Sequence record: SRR20825006_1712
Reading direction: 5' to 3' (one strand)
Length of the DNA: 52,122 nt
Notes under the pieces: generated by a model
The model's input: only the letters and a program-made list of their open reading frames with translations
Told to the model about the DNA's origin: nothing
Database searches by the model: none
Translations under genes and position numbers: made by a program
Part shown: one piece after another, positions 19,042-29,743 of the stretch
How positions within the stretch are numbered: the stretch's first letter is position 1
Layout of the letters: each line of letters begins with the position of its first letter

Positions 19042-19156
19042 TAAACTATATTAGGGCAGGCCCGTGAGGTAATGTACTTGGCAACAAATTTTTAATTTTA
19101 AGGCATCCCGATAGCTACCGGAATTGAGTATTCAATCCTTCGGCAGCATCCATAAA
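19042..19156 (+). repeat. MITE-like dispersed repeat, copy 3
   Basis: Same orientation as copy 2 and similar to it; palindrome ATCCCGATAGCTAcCGGaAT at 19105-19124. Confidence 0.72.
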
Positions 19157-19332
19157 TTGCTTCCATTTCCAAAATTCAGAAATCTGCAAACGATGCGTTT
19201 GCTTATACATTTATACAAAAATCCAGATTTTGCTTTTATGTTGAAAAGCGTTTAAGAAATTCTTATTTGAAATCTTTTTTTTGGAACAAGAGAAATGTAT
19301 CTTTCGAATTCAACCACCCGAAAAACAATACT

Positions 19333-19791
19333 ATGTTAAATCTTGTACGTACCGATTCAAAAAATCCTGATTTTTTGAAAATGGTAAAAGAACTGGATCA
19401 AACCCTCAAAGTCACTGATGGTGATGATCACGCATTTTACAATCAGTTTAATGCTTTAGACCGAATTAAGAATGTAATAGTCGCGTATGACAGCGGAATT
19501 CCTGTTGCTTGTGGCGCATTTAGAGAATATGGCCCCAGAAGCGTTGAGATCAAACGCATGTATACTAAGCCATTGTACCGCAAACGTGGATATGCCAGCG
19601 CCATTCTTGAGGCTTTAGAAAACTGGGCTATCGAAATAGGATACAATAAATGCGTGCTTGAGACCGGAATTTTTCAGCCACCTGCAATCGCTTTATACAA
19701 AAAGCGCCAGTATGATGTAATCCCTAATTACGGGCAATACAGCGGTGTTGGCGGCAGTATGTGTTTCTTAAAATACCTAGCAGCAAGTTAA
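19333..19791 (+). CDS. GNAT family N-acetyltransferase
   Basis: VACGAFR, EIKRMY, RKRGYA, LETG..Q..AI.LY.K. ATG 19333 preferred. Confidence 0.9.
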   Translation: MLNLVRTDSKNPDFLKMVKELDQTLKVTDGDDHAFYNQFNALDRIKNVIVAYDSGIPVACGAFREYGPRSVEIKRMYTKPLYRKRGYASAILEALENWAIEIGYNKCVLETGIFQPPAIALYKKRQYDVIPNYGQYSGVGGSMCFLKYLAAS

Positions 19792-20678
19792 ACCACACGA
19801 GCGATATCAACCTCAACGCTCAGTCTGCTTTTTCCACTACCATAAACCACTCCTTTTAACGGAGGGACATCATAATAATCTCTTCCCCAACCTACGACCA
19901 GATGCTGGTCGCCGGGGATTTGATTATTGGTAGGATCAAAATCTACCCATCCGAAACCCGGAATAAAAATAGAAAACCACGCGTGAGACGCATCTGCTCC
20001 TATTAGCTTTTCATGACCGGGCGGCGGAAGCGTTTCAATATACCCGCTTATGTAACGCGCCGGTAAGCCAATTGCTCGGATGCAAGCGATCGCGATTTGA
20101 GCAAAATCCTGACAAACGCCTTTGCGTTCTTGCATCACCACGTCTATAGGCGTTGACACACTGGTAAAGCCAGATACGAACTTAAAATCTGTATAAATGC
20201 GCTGCATTAATTCTTCTGCAGCTTCAAAAACAGAACGGTTGGGTTTAAAGCTTTCACGGGCATATTTTTCAACGGCCTCACCTGTTTTATTGATAAAAAT
20301 AGAATCTAAAACAAACTGTTTTGCATCAAGAATTTCAAGTTCTGTTTTCAATAAATTTTCCTTAGCCTGCTCGAGGCTTACTTTAGTACAACGGTCTGAT
20401 CTAAATTCGGTTTTATATTGCTCATACTCTCTGAGCAGTTTACTTTTAGTAGTTACTTTGAGCTGTTTGTGCTCTTTCTGAATTGAAAAGCGCGTGATGT
20501 AATTTCCGAAGAAATCTACACGCTCAGAAACTTCATCGGCTTCCGGCGCTATGCTCATTTTATATTCTAGCAACTCCTGCCCTAGCGAACGCCTTGGCTT
20601 TAATACTGCGATATTATGACAGTAGCTCACAGCCGCATCATAATCATATTTTGTGGTATGCGTAACGGAATACAACAT
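19788..20678 (-). CDS. Transglutaminase-like protein (Bact_transglu_N + core)
   Basis: H.T.Y.Y N-terminus; triad motifs GVCQDFA, SHAW and DFDPTN; GRDY.DV.P. Confidence 0.92.
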   Translation of the reverse strand: MLYSVTHTTKYDYDAAVSYCHNIAVLKPRRSLGQELLEYKMSIAPEADEVSERVDFFGNYITRFSIQKEHKQLKVTTKSKLLREYEQYKTEFRSDRCTKVSLEQAKENLLKTELEILDAKQFVLDSIFINKTGEAVEKYARESFKPNRSVFEAAEELMQRIYTDFKFVSGFTSVSTPIDVVMQERKGVCQDFAQIAIACIRAIGLPARYISGYIETLPPPGHEKLIGADASHAWFSIFIPGFGWVDFDPTNNQIPGDQHLVVGWGRDYYDVPPLKGVVYGSGKSRLSVEVDIARVV

Positions 20679-23242
20679 TAGAGCGGAAAGTTTTGATCTA
20701 CAAGCTGACTCTGCTTATATGTATGATTAAAGTAGGTGTTAGAAATTGCCTGAGAAGTAGCAAATAATAAATCGCTCAATTCTTCTAAAAGTTTATCCAG
20801 ATCCTTTCGAATATTTCCGTCGTTTTCCTTTACTGTAGCCAACTGATCTGAGTTCGCCAAGCGCAGTTTAGAAAAGGCTTCAAATACATATTTTTCGTAA
20901 TGCATAAGCGCGTCAGACTTTTGTGAATGTGGTAAACGCGAAATATCTTTTTGTAACCGCCCAAGCTGAAAGGTCAACGATCGTGGATATTTTAAATCCA
21001 TCAACAAAAGACTAATTACCGGTTCTACGCGTATATACGATCTGTAACTATAGCGGTAAATGTTTAAACTTTCGTGACTGCTTAACAAGGATTCTAGCAC
21101 TTCATATTCGGTTTGCCCAGATTGTTTGATCACCAGAAGCGAGCGGCATTTTGTAATCGTAAGCATACTCTGCTCTAACTGAAGGCCTATAAAATAAAGC
21201 AATAAGCCTTGTTCGACCATTATGCTTTCTTCAATAAGTCCCATAAAAGCGATCAAGCGCGTGATCAATTGATTTAAGGTTTTGATCATTTTATTGACGG
21301 TGATCTCTTTCTCATTTTCAAGATTGCGCCACAACTTTTGAATATTCTCAAAAACCCGCCACATATCGCTGCTCCACAGATTTCTGATCGAATAATAGCT
21401 GTTGCTGAACATCATCATCGAGTTGGCCAGGCTTCCTATTTTATTTCGGTCGAGCACTACGGCCATCATTTCTTTCAACGGATTATCTATCGCGTAAACA
21501 CCCTCTTTGTTTTTCTTCATAAAGCCGGGATACGTACCGGTCATCTGCGTCACTGCTTTATAGAGAATATTCATCTTTACCGAGCAGGTTTGCTGATTTG
21601 AAGATATCTCAGGCGTGTTCATTTGCTTGAGCACCATTCTTAGAAAACGGGCGTTGACTAAAGTGCGTCCCACATAACGTCCTGCCCAATATAAATTTTC
21701 TGCAGTTAGACTAGGCAGGTCATCAAGACCACTCGCCGATACAGCCGATTTACGATTCCAGCTGTAATTTGCGGTTTCTTCACTTTTAAGATCTCCAATG
21801 ATCCAAAAATCTTTGCTAGTCCCTCCGCGTTGGTTCGAAACTCGCAATTTACCACGTTCAGGAGCCACACGCACCAATCCGCCGGGCATCACATTATATC
21901 CGTTTTTACCTGCAATAGTAAATGTACGCGCAACCATATTACGCGGTTCAAAAGTTCCTTTTGAATAATTAGGCGCTGTTGAAAAACTTATACGTTCCTG
22001 CGCAACAAAATGATAAGGCTTCTTTAAAATTTCTTTCCGAAGTGTTGCCAGCTCTTCATCGGTCATTTGAGAACCAAAATGTATATGTTCGCGATTGGTA
22101 CGATCAATCGGCTTAATCACCAGATTTGCTAAATTCTTCAGCACATAATCTTTCTCTTTTTCTTGCCCACACCACCAACTCGCAATTTGCGGAAGCTGTA
22201 ATTCTTCCTTCAAAAAATATTTACAAATAGCCGGCATAAAAGGAATAAGACCCGGATTTTCTAATACGCCGCTCCCAATAGGGTTTACCACCGCCACATT
22301 CTGTCTACGTACCACGTCAAGTAAGCCGGCGACTCCCAAGTGAGAATCTTCACGCAACTCCAAAGGATCTGTAAATACATCGTCAACGCGCCGCAAAACC
22401 ACGTGTACTTTTTTCAACCCCTTGAGTGATTTCATAAAGAGAAATCCATCACGCACCACCAAGTCATTTCCCTGAACTAACGGATAACCTAAAAAGGACG
22501 CTAAATAGGCGTGTTCAAAATAGGTCTCGTTATGCGAGCCCGGAGTGAGAATAACAATATTGGGGTTTTCGACTTTATCAGGAGAAGCTTCAAGCAACAA
22601 CTCATTGAATTCTTTAAAGAATTCTGAAAGCCGCTTGATGTTCATCTCAGCAAAAATATCAGAAAGTACCCGGTTTGCTGTTGAGCGGTTTTCGAGGGCA
22701 TATCCCATTCCTGAGGGTGCCTGAGAACGATCATTTACCACCCACATTCTACCATCAGTTCCGCGGGCGAGATCTGCAGCATACAGCAATAAATGCTTAT
22801 CAATCTTATACTGAATTTTATCACATTGCCTTAAAAACCCGCGATGCCCGTAGATCACTTCGTGCGGGACAATACCTTCTTTGATCAACTTGCGCTCTCC
22901 ATAAACATCTTTTAGCACTAAGTCTAACAAGTGCGCCCGTTGCTTGAGGCCTTTTTCAATTTTCTGCCATTCCTTAGCCTGAAGAATTAAAGGAACTACA
23001 TTAAGATTCCAAGGGCGGTTTAACCCATTGGGATCATTATATACATTATACGTAACCCCGTTTTCTTCCAGCAGCCAGTTGATATCGTTTTGACGTTGTG
23101 TCAAACCGTCAATCCCTATGCGCTTAAAGTTCTCTAAAAGCTCCTGCCAATCTTCCTTAACGCTGAGATCTGGGGTAAACATCTCGTCGTAGGTATAATC
23201 TGTAAAATACTTGGTGAACCAAGCATTAGTAGCCACGGTCAT
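20678..23242 (-). CDS. Circularly permuted type 2 ATP-grasp protein fused to an alpha-E domain
   Basis: NGVTYNVY, QAPSGMGYALENR, YFEHAYLA, RRVDD, MPGGLVRV, GGTSKDFW; then alpha-E motifs AENLYWAGRY and PRSL.F.L. Confidence 0.9.
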   Translation of the reverse strand: MTVATNAWFTKYFTDYTYDEMFTPDLSVKEDWQELLENFKRIGIDGLTQRQNDINWLLEENGVTYNVYNDPNGLNRPWNLNVVPLILQAKEWQKIEKGLKQRAHLLDLVLKDVYGERKLIKEGIVPHEVIYGHRGFLRQCDKIQYKIDKHLLLYAADLARGTDGRMWVVNDRSQAPSGMGYALENRSTANRVLSDIFAEMNIKRLSEFFKEFNELLLEASPDKVENPNIVILTPGSHNETYFEHAYLASFLGYPLVQGNDLVVRDGFLFMKSLKGLKKVHVVLRRVDDVFTDPLELREDSHLGVAGLLDVVRRQNVAVVNPIGSGVLENPGLIPFMPAICKYFLKEELQLPQIASWWCGQEKEKDYVLKNLANLVIKPIDRTNREHIHFGSQMTDEELATLRKEILKKPYHFVAQERISFSTAPNYSKGTFEPRNMVARTFTIAGKNGYNVMPGGLVRVAPERGKLRVSNQRGGTSKDFWIIGDLKSEETANYSWNRKSAVSASGLDDLPSLTAENLYWAGRYVGRTLVNARFLRMVLKQMNTPEISSNQQTCSVKMNILYKAVTQMTGTYPGFMKKNKEGVYAIDNPLKEMMAVVLDRNKIGSLANSMMMFSNSYYSIRNLWSSDMWRVFENIQKLWRNLENEKEITVNKMIKTLNQLITRLIAFMGLIEESIMVEQGLLLYFIGLQLEQSMLTITKCRSLLVIKQSGQTEYEVLESLLSSHESLNIYRYSYRSYIRVEPVISLLLMDLKYPRSLTFQLGRLQKDISRLPHSQKSDALMHYEKYVFEAFSKLRLANSDQLATVKENDGNIRKDLDKLLEELSDLLFATSQAISNTYFNHTYKQSQLVDQNFPL

Positions 23243-23260
23243 ATTCAGGGTTGTAAATAA

Positions 23261-26200
23261 TTATTTCTTTCGCAAATCTAGCAAATGTGGGAATTCTGGA
23301 TTCACCGGAATTTCCTTAAAATTAAAGGTTTTATCTGAAGAAGTTGATTTTAAAGTTCGGCCTGCCAGCTTGGTGTCGGGTTCCTTTTCGGTATACACTA
23401 AAGTTCCTTGTGTATGACCAATATCCCAAAAACGATTGATTCTTCTAGATTCAGCTTCTAAGCTATTAATTGGGTACGTCTCATAATTGCGCCCTCCCGG
23501 ATGTGATACAAAATACGTACAACCGCCTATGGAGCGTTGATTCCATAAATCAACAATATCAAAAACCAGAGGCGTATCTACCGGAATCGTTGGGTGCAAA
23601 GCAGACCAAGGCTGCCAAGCTTTATAGCGCACGCCGGCAACATATTCTCCTTTAACACCGGTGTTGCTCAGTTGTACTTTCACGCCGTTGCAGGTCAACA
23701 CATAGCGCTCGTCATTAAAGTTTGAAACTTTGATCTGCACGCGTTCTAAAGACGAATCAACATAACGCGATGTCCCGCCACCATTCATTTCTTCTCCCAG
23801 TACATTCCACGGTTCTATCGCGGCGCGCAATTCGACCTTCATATCTTTAATATCGACCAAACCGTACAATGGGAAACGGAATTCAAAAAACGGATCAAAC
23901 CAATCTAATTTGAATGGATATCCTGCTGCGTTAAGTTGTGCAACAATATCCTTTATATCTTCTCGCACATAATGTTCCATCAAGAATTTGTCGTGCAATT
24001 GTGTGCCCCAACGGGTGAGTTTGTGCTTGTACGGTTCATTCCAAAACCAGCTGACCAGTGTGCGTACAAGCAGCATTTGCATCAAACTCATTTGTGCGTG
24101 TGGCGGCATATCAAACGCGCGTAGTTCAAGAATTCCTAACCTGCCGGAAGACGAATCTGGCGAATATAATTTATCGATACAAAACTCTGCACGATGCGTA
24201 TTTCCGGTGATATCAGTAAGCAAATGCCTGAACAAACGATCGGTCAACCAAAACGGCACATCTTCATCCTCCGGAATTTGATTGAATGCAATTTCCAGTT
24301 CGTATAAATTTTCCTGGCGGCCTTCATCTACTCGTGGCGCCTGACTCGTAGAACCAATAAATCCACCGGAAAATAAATAAGAAAGTCCCGGATGATGCTG
24401 CCAGAATGTAAGCAAGCTGCGCAACAAATCAGGTCGGCGCAACAACGGACTATTAGCCGGGGTGACACCGCCTAAAGTCACGTGATTTCCGCCGCCGGTG
24501 CCGGTGTGTTTTCCATCAAGCATAAATTTTTCAGTACCCAAACGGCTCTTTTTAGCCTCTTCATACAGCGTAAGCGTATTTTTGGTAAGTTCGTCCCAAT
24601 TCTTCGCCGGGTGAACATTCACTTCAATAACTCCGGGATCTGGCGTAACTTTCAATACCTCAAGACGATTATCTCGTGGCGGCTCGTAACCTTCGATCAA
24701 TACAGGCACGCTTAGCTTTTTTGCTGCTGCTTCCACCGAAGCCATCAGGTCAATAAACGTTTCCGCGTTGTCTAAAGGCGGAAGAAATAAATAAAGCTTT
24801 TTATCCCGAACCTCAGCACAAATCGCAGTTCGAGCAAACGGATTCTTTTCTTGCTTATCTGCATTGTAATCAACCTTGCCATTTTTCTTTTTAGGCTTTT
24901 CTGCGGCTTTACGTTTTTCTAAAGCTTCACCGTACGGCCCAAAAGGCTTTCGCTTGTCAAAAAGATCAGGATCTGCAATGGGTTGTGTAGGCACATCGGG
25001 TTCTTCAATAAGCGAATTAAGCGGTAATCGTAAACCTACCGGAGAATTCCCAGGAATGAGGAAAAGATGATTTCTTCGGAAACGCCACGGACTCGTGACC
25101 CATTTTCCTTGAATATTGGCAAGTGGCATTACGTGGCCTATCTTTTTATCCAATCCTTGTTCTAAAACTTTATTGAGACGATTACGCACCGAAGTCGCAA
25201 CATCATCGCCTTTTAACGGATCAACATCTATAGGCAGCCTTCCTTCTTCCCACATAAAATAAAATACGTCTTCATACGCCGGTGTGATGTATTCTAAACG
25301 AATCCCGAGGTTCAGCGCTAATTCTTGTAAAAAAGTCTTGGTAATTCCTTCCGGCAGATCATATTCCTCATTAAAAGATGCCATAAGCGACTCGTCTTTC
25401 CAAATAGGAATGCCGTCTTTACGCCAATGTAAACCTATAGACCAGCGTGGAATAGGTTCGCCGGGATACCATTTTCCCTGCGCGTGGTGAAACATTCCAC
25501 CTTGACCAAATTTATGCAACAAGCGTTTAGAAAGTCCTTCAGAAAGTTTGCGCTTTTCAGGACCATCTGCAGCGGTATTCCACTGATCTGATTCCATATC
25601 ATCTATAGAAACAAAAGTCGGTTCCCCTCCCATCGTAAGACGTACATCGCCAGCTTGCAATTCTTTTTCAACCTCAAAACCTAGCTCATAAATTGCTTTC
25701 CATTGAGATTCTGTATACGGCTTGGTGACTCGCGGAGATTCAAATATTCGGGTAACGGAATTATCAAATTCAAATTCAGTTTCCGCAGGATCAGAAAAAC
25801 CAACCACCGGCGCAGCGCTTTCAAAAGAAGGTGTACACGCTAACGGAATATGTCCTTCTCCCGCCAATAAACCTGAAGTTGAATCGAGACCAATCCAGCC
25901 GGCTCCGGGAATATAGACTTCTGCCCAAGCGTGCAAATCAGTAAAATCTTCTTCTGGACCAGAAGGACCATCTAACGATTTTTCGTCAGATTTTAACTGT
26001 ACCAAATAACCCGAAACAAAGCGTGCCGCCAGTCCTAAATGCCGTAAGCTTTGTACCAGTAACCAGGCAAAATCACGACAAGAACCTAATTTTTTCTCCA
26101 GCGTTTCTTCACAAGATTGTACGCCCGGCTCCATACGCACCGTATAATTGAGGTACTCGTTGATGTGACGGTTGAGACCAATCAAAAAGTAAATCGTGAG

Positions 26201-26610
26201 CTGCTCTGAAACATCAATAGTTTTTAAAAACTTCTTCAGTAGCGGACCGTCGTCTGTTATTTCTAGATACGGAAGTAATTCTTTTTTTAGTGAATCTTTG
26301 TATTTAAACGGAAATTCTTCCACCGAATCTTCCACAAAAAAATCAAACGGATTGATCGTTTTAAGGTCGGCTATGATTTCAACATCTATAGAAAGTTCAT
26401 CTGTTTTTTCAGGAAAAACCACACGCGCCAGGTAATTTCCAAAGGGATCTTGCTGCCAGTTAAAAAAGTGATTTTCCGGCTTTATTTTAAGCGAATAAGC
26501 CTCAATGGGAGTTCTGCTATGGGGCGCAGTCTAAAAATATGTGGCGAAAGCGAAATACGTTTATCATACTTGTATTTCGTCTTATGAGAGATCGCAACTT
26601 TTAAGGCCAT
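23261..26610 (-). pseudogene. Transglutaminase + DUF2126 (putative amidoligase) fusion gene, frameshifted near codon 29
   Basis: ATG 26610 reads MALKVAISHKTKYKYDKRISLSPHIFRLRP and then leaves frame. The main frame resumes APHSRTPIEAYSLKIKPENHFFNWQQDPFGNYLARVVFP. Motifs GSCRDFAW, DLHAW, TMGGEPTF, TPDPGVIEVN and GTGGGNH are present. Confidence 0.85.
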
Positions 26611-26832
26611 AAAGAACTGGTTTTATATTGAATAACGCACAAAGCGCCCGCGGGTTTACTATATACTAAGATAGCATACCACACAGTAAATTAAGCAGGA
26701 AGCTTAAAAAACTAATTCTTTACGACCTATTTTTGAGTAATTAATAATTTAAGCCTGCATCAGACTTATATCATTAATCAATTACCAGCATTTATTCTAA
26801 AAATCAGAATATCAAAAACCAAAAAGTGTGGT

Positions 26833-27852
26833 TTATTCTTGTTTTAAAAATGCCAAAAAATGCTGATGCATCGCTTCGGTATAATCGTAATGTGTTACGA
26901 TACGAAGTTTACCTTTTCCTAAGGCACTGATGTGTATATCTTCGGCTTTGAGGCGTTCTATAAACTGTAACTCATCTGCATCTGCGCGCAGGTTAAAAAT
27001 CAAAATATTGGTTTCTACCGGCTCTACGTGCGCTACTTCTGCATGCTGATTTAAAGCAATTGAAAGTTCTTGAGCGCGCTTGTGATCATCTGCCATACGC
27101 TGCCAATGATGCTCAATACCGTACAGCCCAGCCGCCGCAGCAAAACCTACCTGACGCATACCGCCACCTAAAACTTTGCGTACGCGCATCGCTTTATCCA
27201 TAAATTTTTGTTTACCCACAAGCACAGAACCCATTGGCGCACCTAAGCCTTTAGACAAGCACACTGAAATCGTATCAAACGCAGCCCCATAATCTTTAGG
27301 AGATTCATCGGTTACTACGAGCGCGTTCCATAGACGTGCTCCGTCAAGATGAAAACCTAAACCGTGATCGTCACAGATCTTTCTGATTTTTAAAATCTCT
27401 CTAAAATCATAACAGGCTCCGCCTCCTTTATTGGTGGTATTTTCAAGGCACACCAGAGACGTCAACGGACTGTGATAAAAATCTGGCGGATTGATATGTT
27501 CTTCAACCTGATCTGCCGTGATCATACCGCGATGCCCATCAACGAGTTTGCACGAAACGCCGCTGTTAAACGAAACGCCGCCTCCTTCATAATTGTAAAC
27601 GTGCGCGTATTTATCTGCTATAAGTTGCTCGCCAGGTTGCGTATGAATTTTAATCGCCGCTTGATTGGTCATCGATCCTGTTGGAAAATACAGCGCCGAG
27701 TCCATCCCAAATAATTCAGCAATATGCGCTTCTAGTTTATTAACGCTGGGATCTTCTTTATATACATCATCACCAACTTCGGCGTGCATCATTGCATCTA
27801 ACATTCCCGGAGTGGGTTTTGTGATCGTATCGCTACGCAGGTCTATTTTCAT
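26833..27852 (-). CDS. ltaE: Low-specificity L-threonine aldolase (PLP)
   Basis: DLRSDTIT.PT, GDDVY.EDP, LENT.N, HLDGARL.NA, CLSKGLGAP.GS. Confidence 0.92.
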   Translation of the reverse strand: MKIDLRSDTITKPTPGMLDAMMHAEVGDDVYKEDPSVNKLEAHIAELFGMDSALYFPTGSMTNQAAIKIHTQPGEQLIADKYAHVYNYEGGGVSFNSGVSCKLVDGHRGMITADQVEEHINPPDFYHSPLTSLVCLENTTNKGGGACYDFREILKIRKICDDHGLGFHLDGARLWNALVVTDESPKDYGAAFDTISVCLSKGLGAPMGSVLVGKQKFMDKAMRVRKVLGGGMRQVGFAAAAGLYGIEHHWQRMADDHKRAQELSIALNQHAEVAHVEPVETNILIFNLRADADELQFIERLKAEDIHISALGKGKLRIVTHYDYTEAMHQHFLAFLKQE

Positions 27853-27872
27853 TCTATATTATTTTTTCTTAA

Positions 27873-28682
27873 TTATCTTAAATGTTCCCCGCCATCAACC
27901 GGAATCACCGCTCCGTTGATCCAGTTGGCTTCGGGTTTGGTCAACAAGTACACCACATTGGCAACATCCTCCGGAGTGGTCAATCGCTTTTGCGGGTTGC
28001 GTTCTAGTGCCTGAGCTATAAGCTGATCACTTCCCGGGATCAATTGTAAACTTTCGGTATTGGTTACACCGGCTTGAATACAATTGGCTGTAATTTTCAA
28101 TGGTGCCAACTCAAATGCTAAACTGCGAATTATGGCTTCTAAAGCTGCTTTTGCTGCGGAAACTGCCGCGTAATTGGGTAAAGGTTTTGTGCTTCCTTCG
28201 CTTGTAAAAGTTAGGATTTTCCCGTTTTCTTCAAATAAACCAGCGTTTGCAAATGCGCTCGCCCAGTCGTATAAACTCACCGCCATCGCTTCGGCAGTAA
28301 GTATAAAATCCTTCCCGGAAAGTTTAGCTACGGAAGCGTCCTCTGCATAAATAGGTTTGAGATTTCCTTTGGCAATACTGTGCAATAACACTTTTACTGA
28401 AGCATTGCGCTCTGTAAAGAAATCTTTTACCTTATCAATAGTTGCCGGGTTGAGCGCATCAATATTAAAGCTTTCGATCTGAATTCCTGTTTCGCGCAAA
28501 ACTTCAATCGTATGGTTAAATTCCTCGAGTTTGCTTCTGCGCGTGCGGTGCACGATGCAAAGATGTAAACCCTTAGCGGCGAGTTTTTTTGCCGAAGCAA
28601 AACCTAAACCGCTGCTTCCACCTAAGATCAGTGCCCAACTATTAGACGTGTCTTCGGTATTAAATTCAAAAGTATTTACCAT
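27873..28682 (-). CDS. SDR-family oxidoreductase (enoyl-ACP reductase FabL-like)
   Basis: GGSSGLG, Y(AAVSAA)K YX6K spacing typical of enoyl reductases, PEDVANVV, VDGG. Confidence 0.82.
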   Translation of the reverse strand: MVNTFEFNTEDTSNSWALILGGSSGLGFASAKKLAAKGLHLCIVHRTRRSKLEEFNHTIEVLRETGIQIESFNIDALNPATIDKVKDFFTERNASVKVLLHSIAKGNLKPIYAEDASVAKLSGKDFILTAEAMAVSLYDWASAFANAGLFEENGKILTFTSEGSTKPLPNYAAVSAAKAALEAIIRSLAFELAPLKITANCIQAGVTNTESLQLIPGSDQLIAQALERNPQKRLTTPEDVANVVYLLTKPEANWINGAVIPVDGGEHLR

Positions 28683-29743
28683 TGTAACAATATACGTTGT
28701 GCTGAAAAACCGGGACCAAAACTAAGCATCAATCCATAATCTTCGGCAGGAATTTTTCTATTTAAAAAACGTTCTAGAACATACAACACGGTTACACTGC
28801 TCATATTGCCATAAAGTCGAAGAACTTCTTTAGTATCGTCAATATTTTTTCCGGAAGCGCCAAACAAGCTTTCCACGGTCTGAACGATCTTCTTTCCGCC
28901 GGGATGAAATACCAAATTATTAACTTCTGAAATACTTATGTCATTCTTTGCGAGAAACGGATTGATAATCTGTGGAAAGTGCGCTGCTATAGTTTCTGGA
29001 ACCGATTTATCAAGAATCATTTTGAGTCCGTTGTTTGTCAGGTCAAATCCCATCATCTGTTCGGCATCGTAAAAATGATACATTTCGGTATCGATGATTT
29101 TTGGTCCTAACGCCTGTTCTTCTGAAGAAAGCAATACGCAGGCCGCGCCATCACCAAAAATCGCCGCGCTCACTATATTAGCCATCGAAAAATCATCTAG
29201 CTGAAAAGTCGCCGTTGGACTTTCTACCGCGATAACAGCAGCACGTTTACCGGGATTGGCTTTAAGAAAATCATTCGCATACAAGATCCCCGAAATTCCT
29301 GCGGCGCAACCCATTTCGGTGACCGGTAATCGGGTAATGTCTTGTTTCAGCTTTAAGCGGTTAATGAGATAGGCATCAAGCGACGGAATCATAATTCCCG
29401 TGCAACTCACGGTGATGATGTAATCTAGCGATTGCGCCTCCCAACCTGTTTTTTCAAGTGCTGAGCGCAAGGCATCTCCTCCAAGTTTGATTGCCTCACG
29501 TTTATAAATGTTGTTTTTATGCTCAAAGGAAGTCGCGGTAAACACCTCATCGGGAGCCATAATGCTATACCGCTTATCTACCCCGGCATTGCTGAAAATC
29601 TTTTTTACTTTACGCTGAAAACGCTCTTCATGCCCTGCCATCCATTGCGTGACCAACGGGAGAATCTCTTGGGTTTCGCGACTGTATTTTGGGACAGCTT
29701 TGGCTACACCTGCGATTGCTACTTTTGATTTTCTAATATCCAT
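28676..29743 (-). CDS. Type III polyketide synthase (chalcone-synthase-like)
   Basis: Catalytic triad EMGCAAG, HPGG, GNMSS; FGDGA; FGPGF. ATG 29743 preferred over 29767. Confidence 0.93.
   Translation of the reverse strand: MDIRKSKVAIAGVAKAVPKYSRETQEILPLVTQWMAGHEERFQRKVKKIFSNAGVDKRYSIMAPDEVFTATSFEHKNNIYKREAIKLGGDALRSALEKTGWEAQSLDYIITVSCTGIMIPSLDAYLINRLKLKQDITRLPVTEMGCAAGISGILYANDFLKANPGKRAAVIAVESPTATFQLDDFSMANIVSAAIFGDGAACVLLSSEEQALGPKIIDTEMYHFYDAEQMMGFDLTNNGLKMILDKSVPETIAAHFPQIINPFLAKNDISISEVNNLVFHPGGKKIVQTVESLFGASGKNIDDTKEVLRLYGNMSSVTVLYVLERFLNRKIPAEDYGLMLSFGPGFSAQRILLQW

Noticed and set aside
17929-19156. CRISPR array or autonomous IS
   Set aside because: Only dispersed, degenerate copies with no regular spacers, cas genes or transposase ORF.
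23261-26422. Intact 1053-aa CDS starting at GTG 26422
   Set aside because: Family-like sequence continues upstream to ATG 26610 across a frameshift, so the GTG is internal.
26500-26545. Programmed ribosomal frameshift as the explanation for the split gene
   Set aside because: No convincing slippery site. A simple shift would not restore the full RLRPAPH motif, whereas a 7-bp duplication does.
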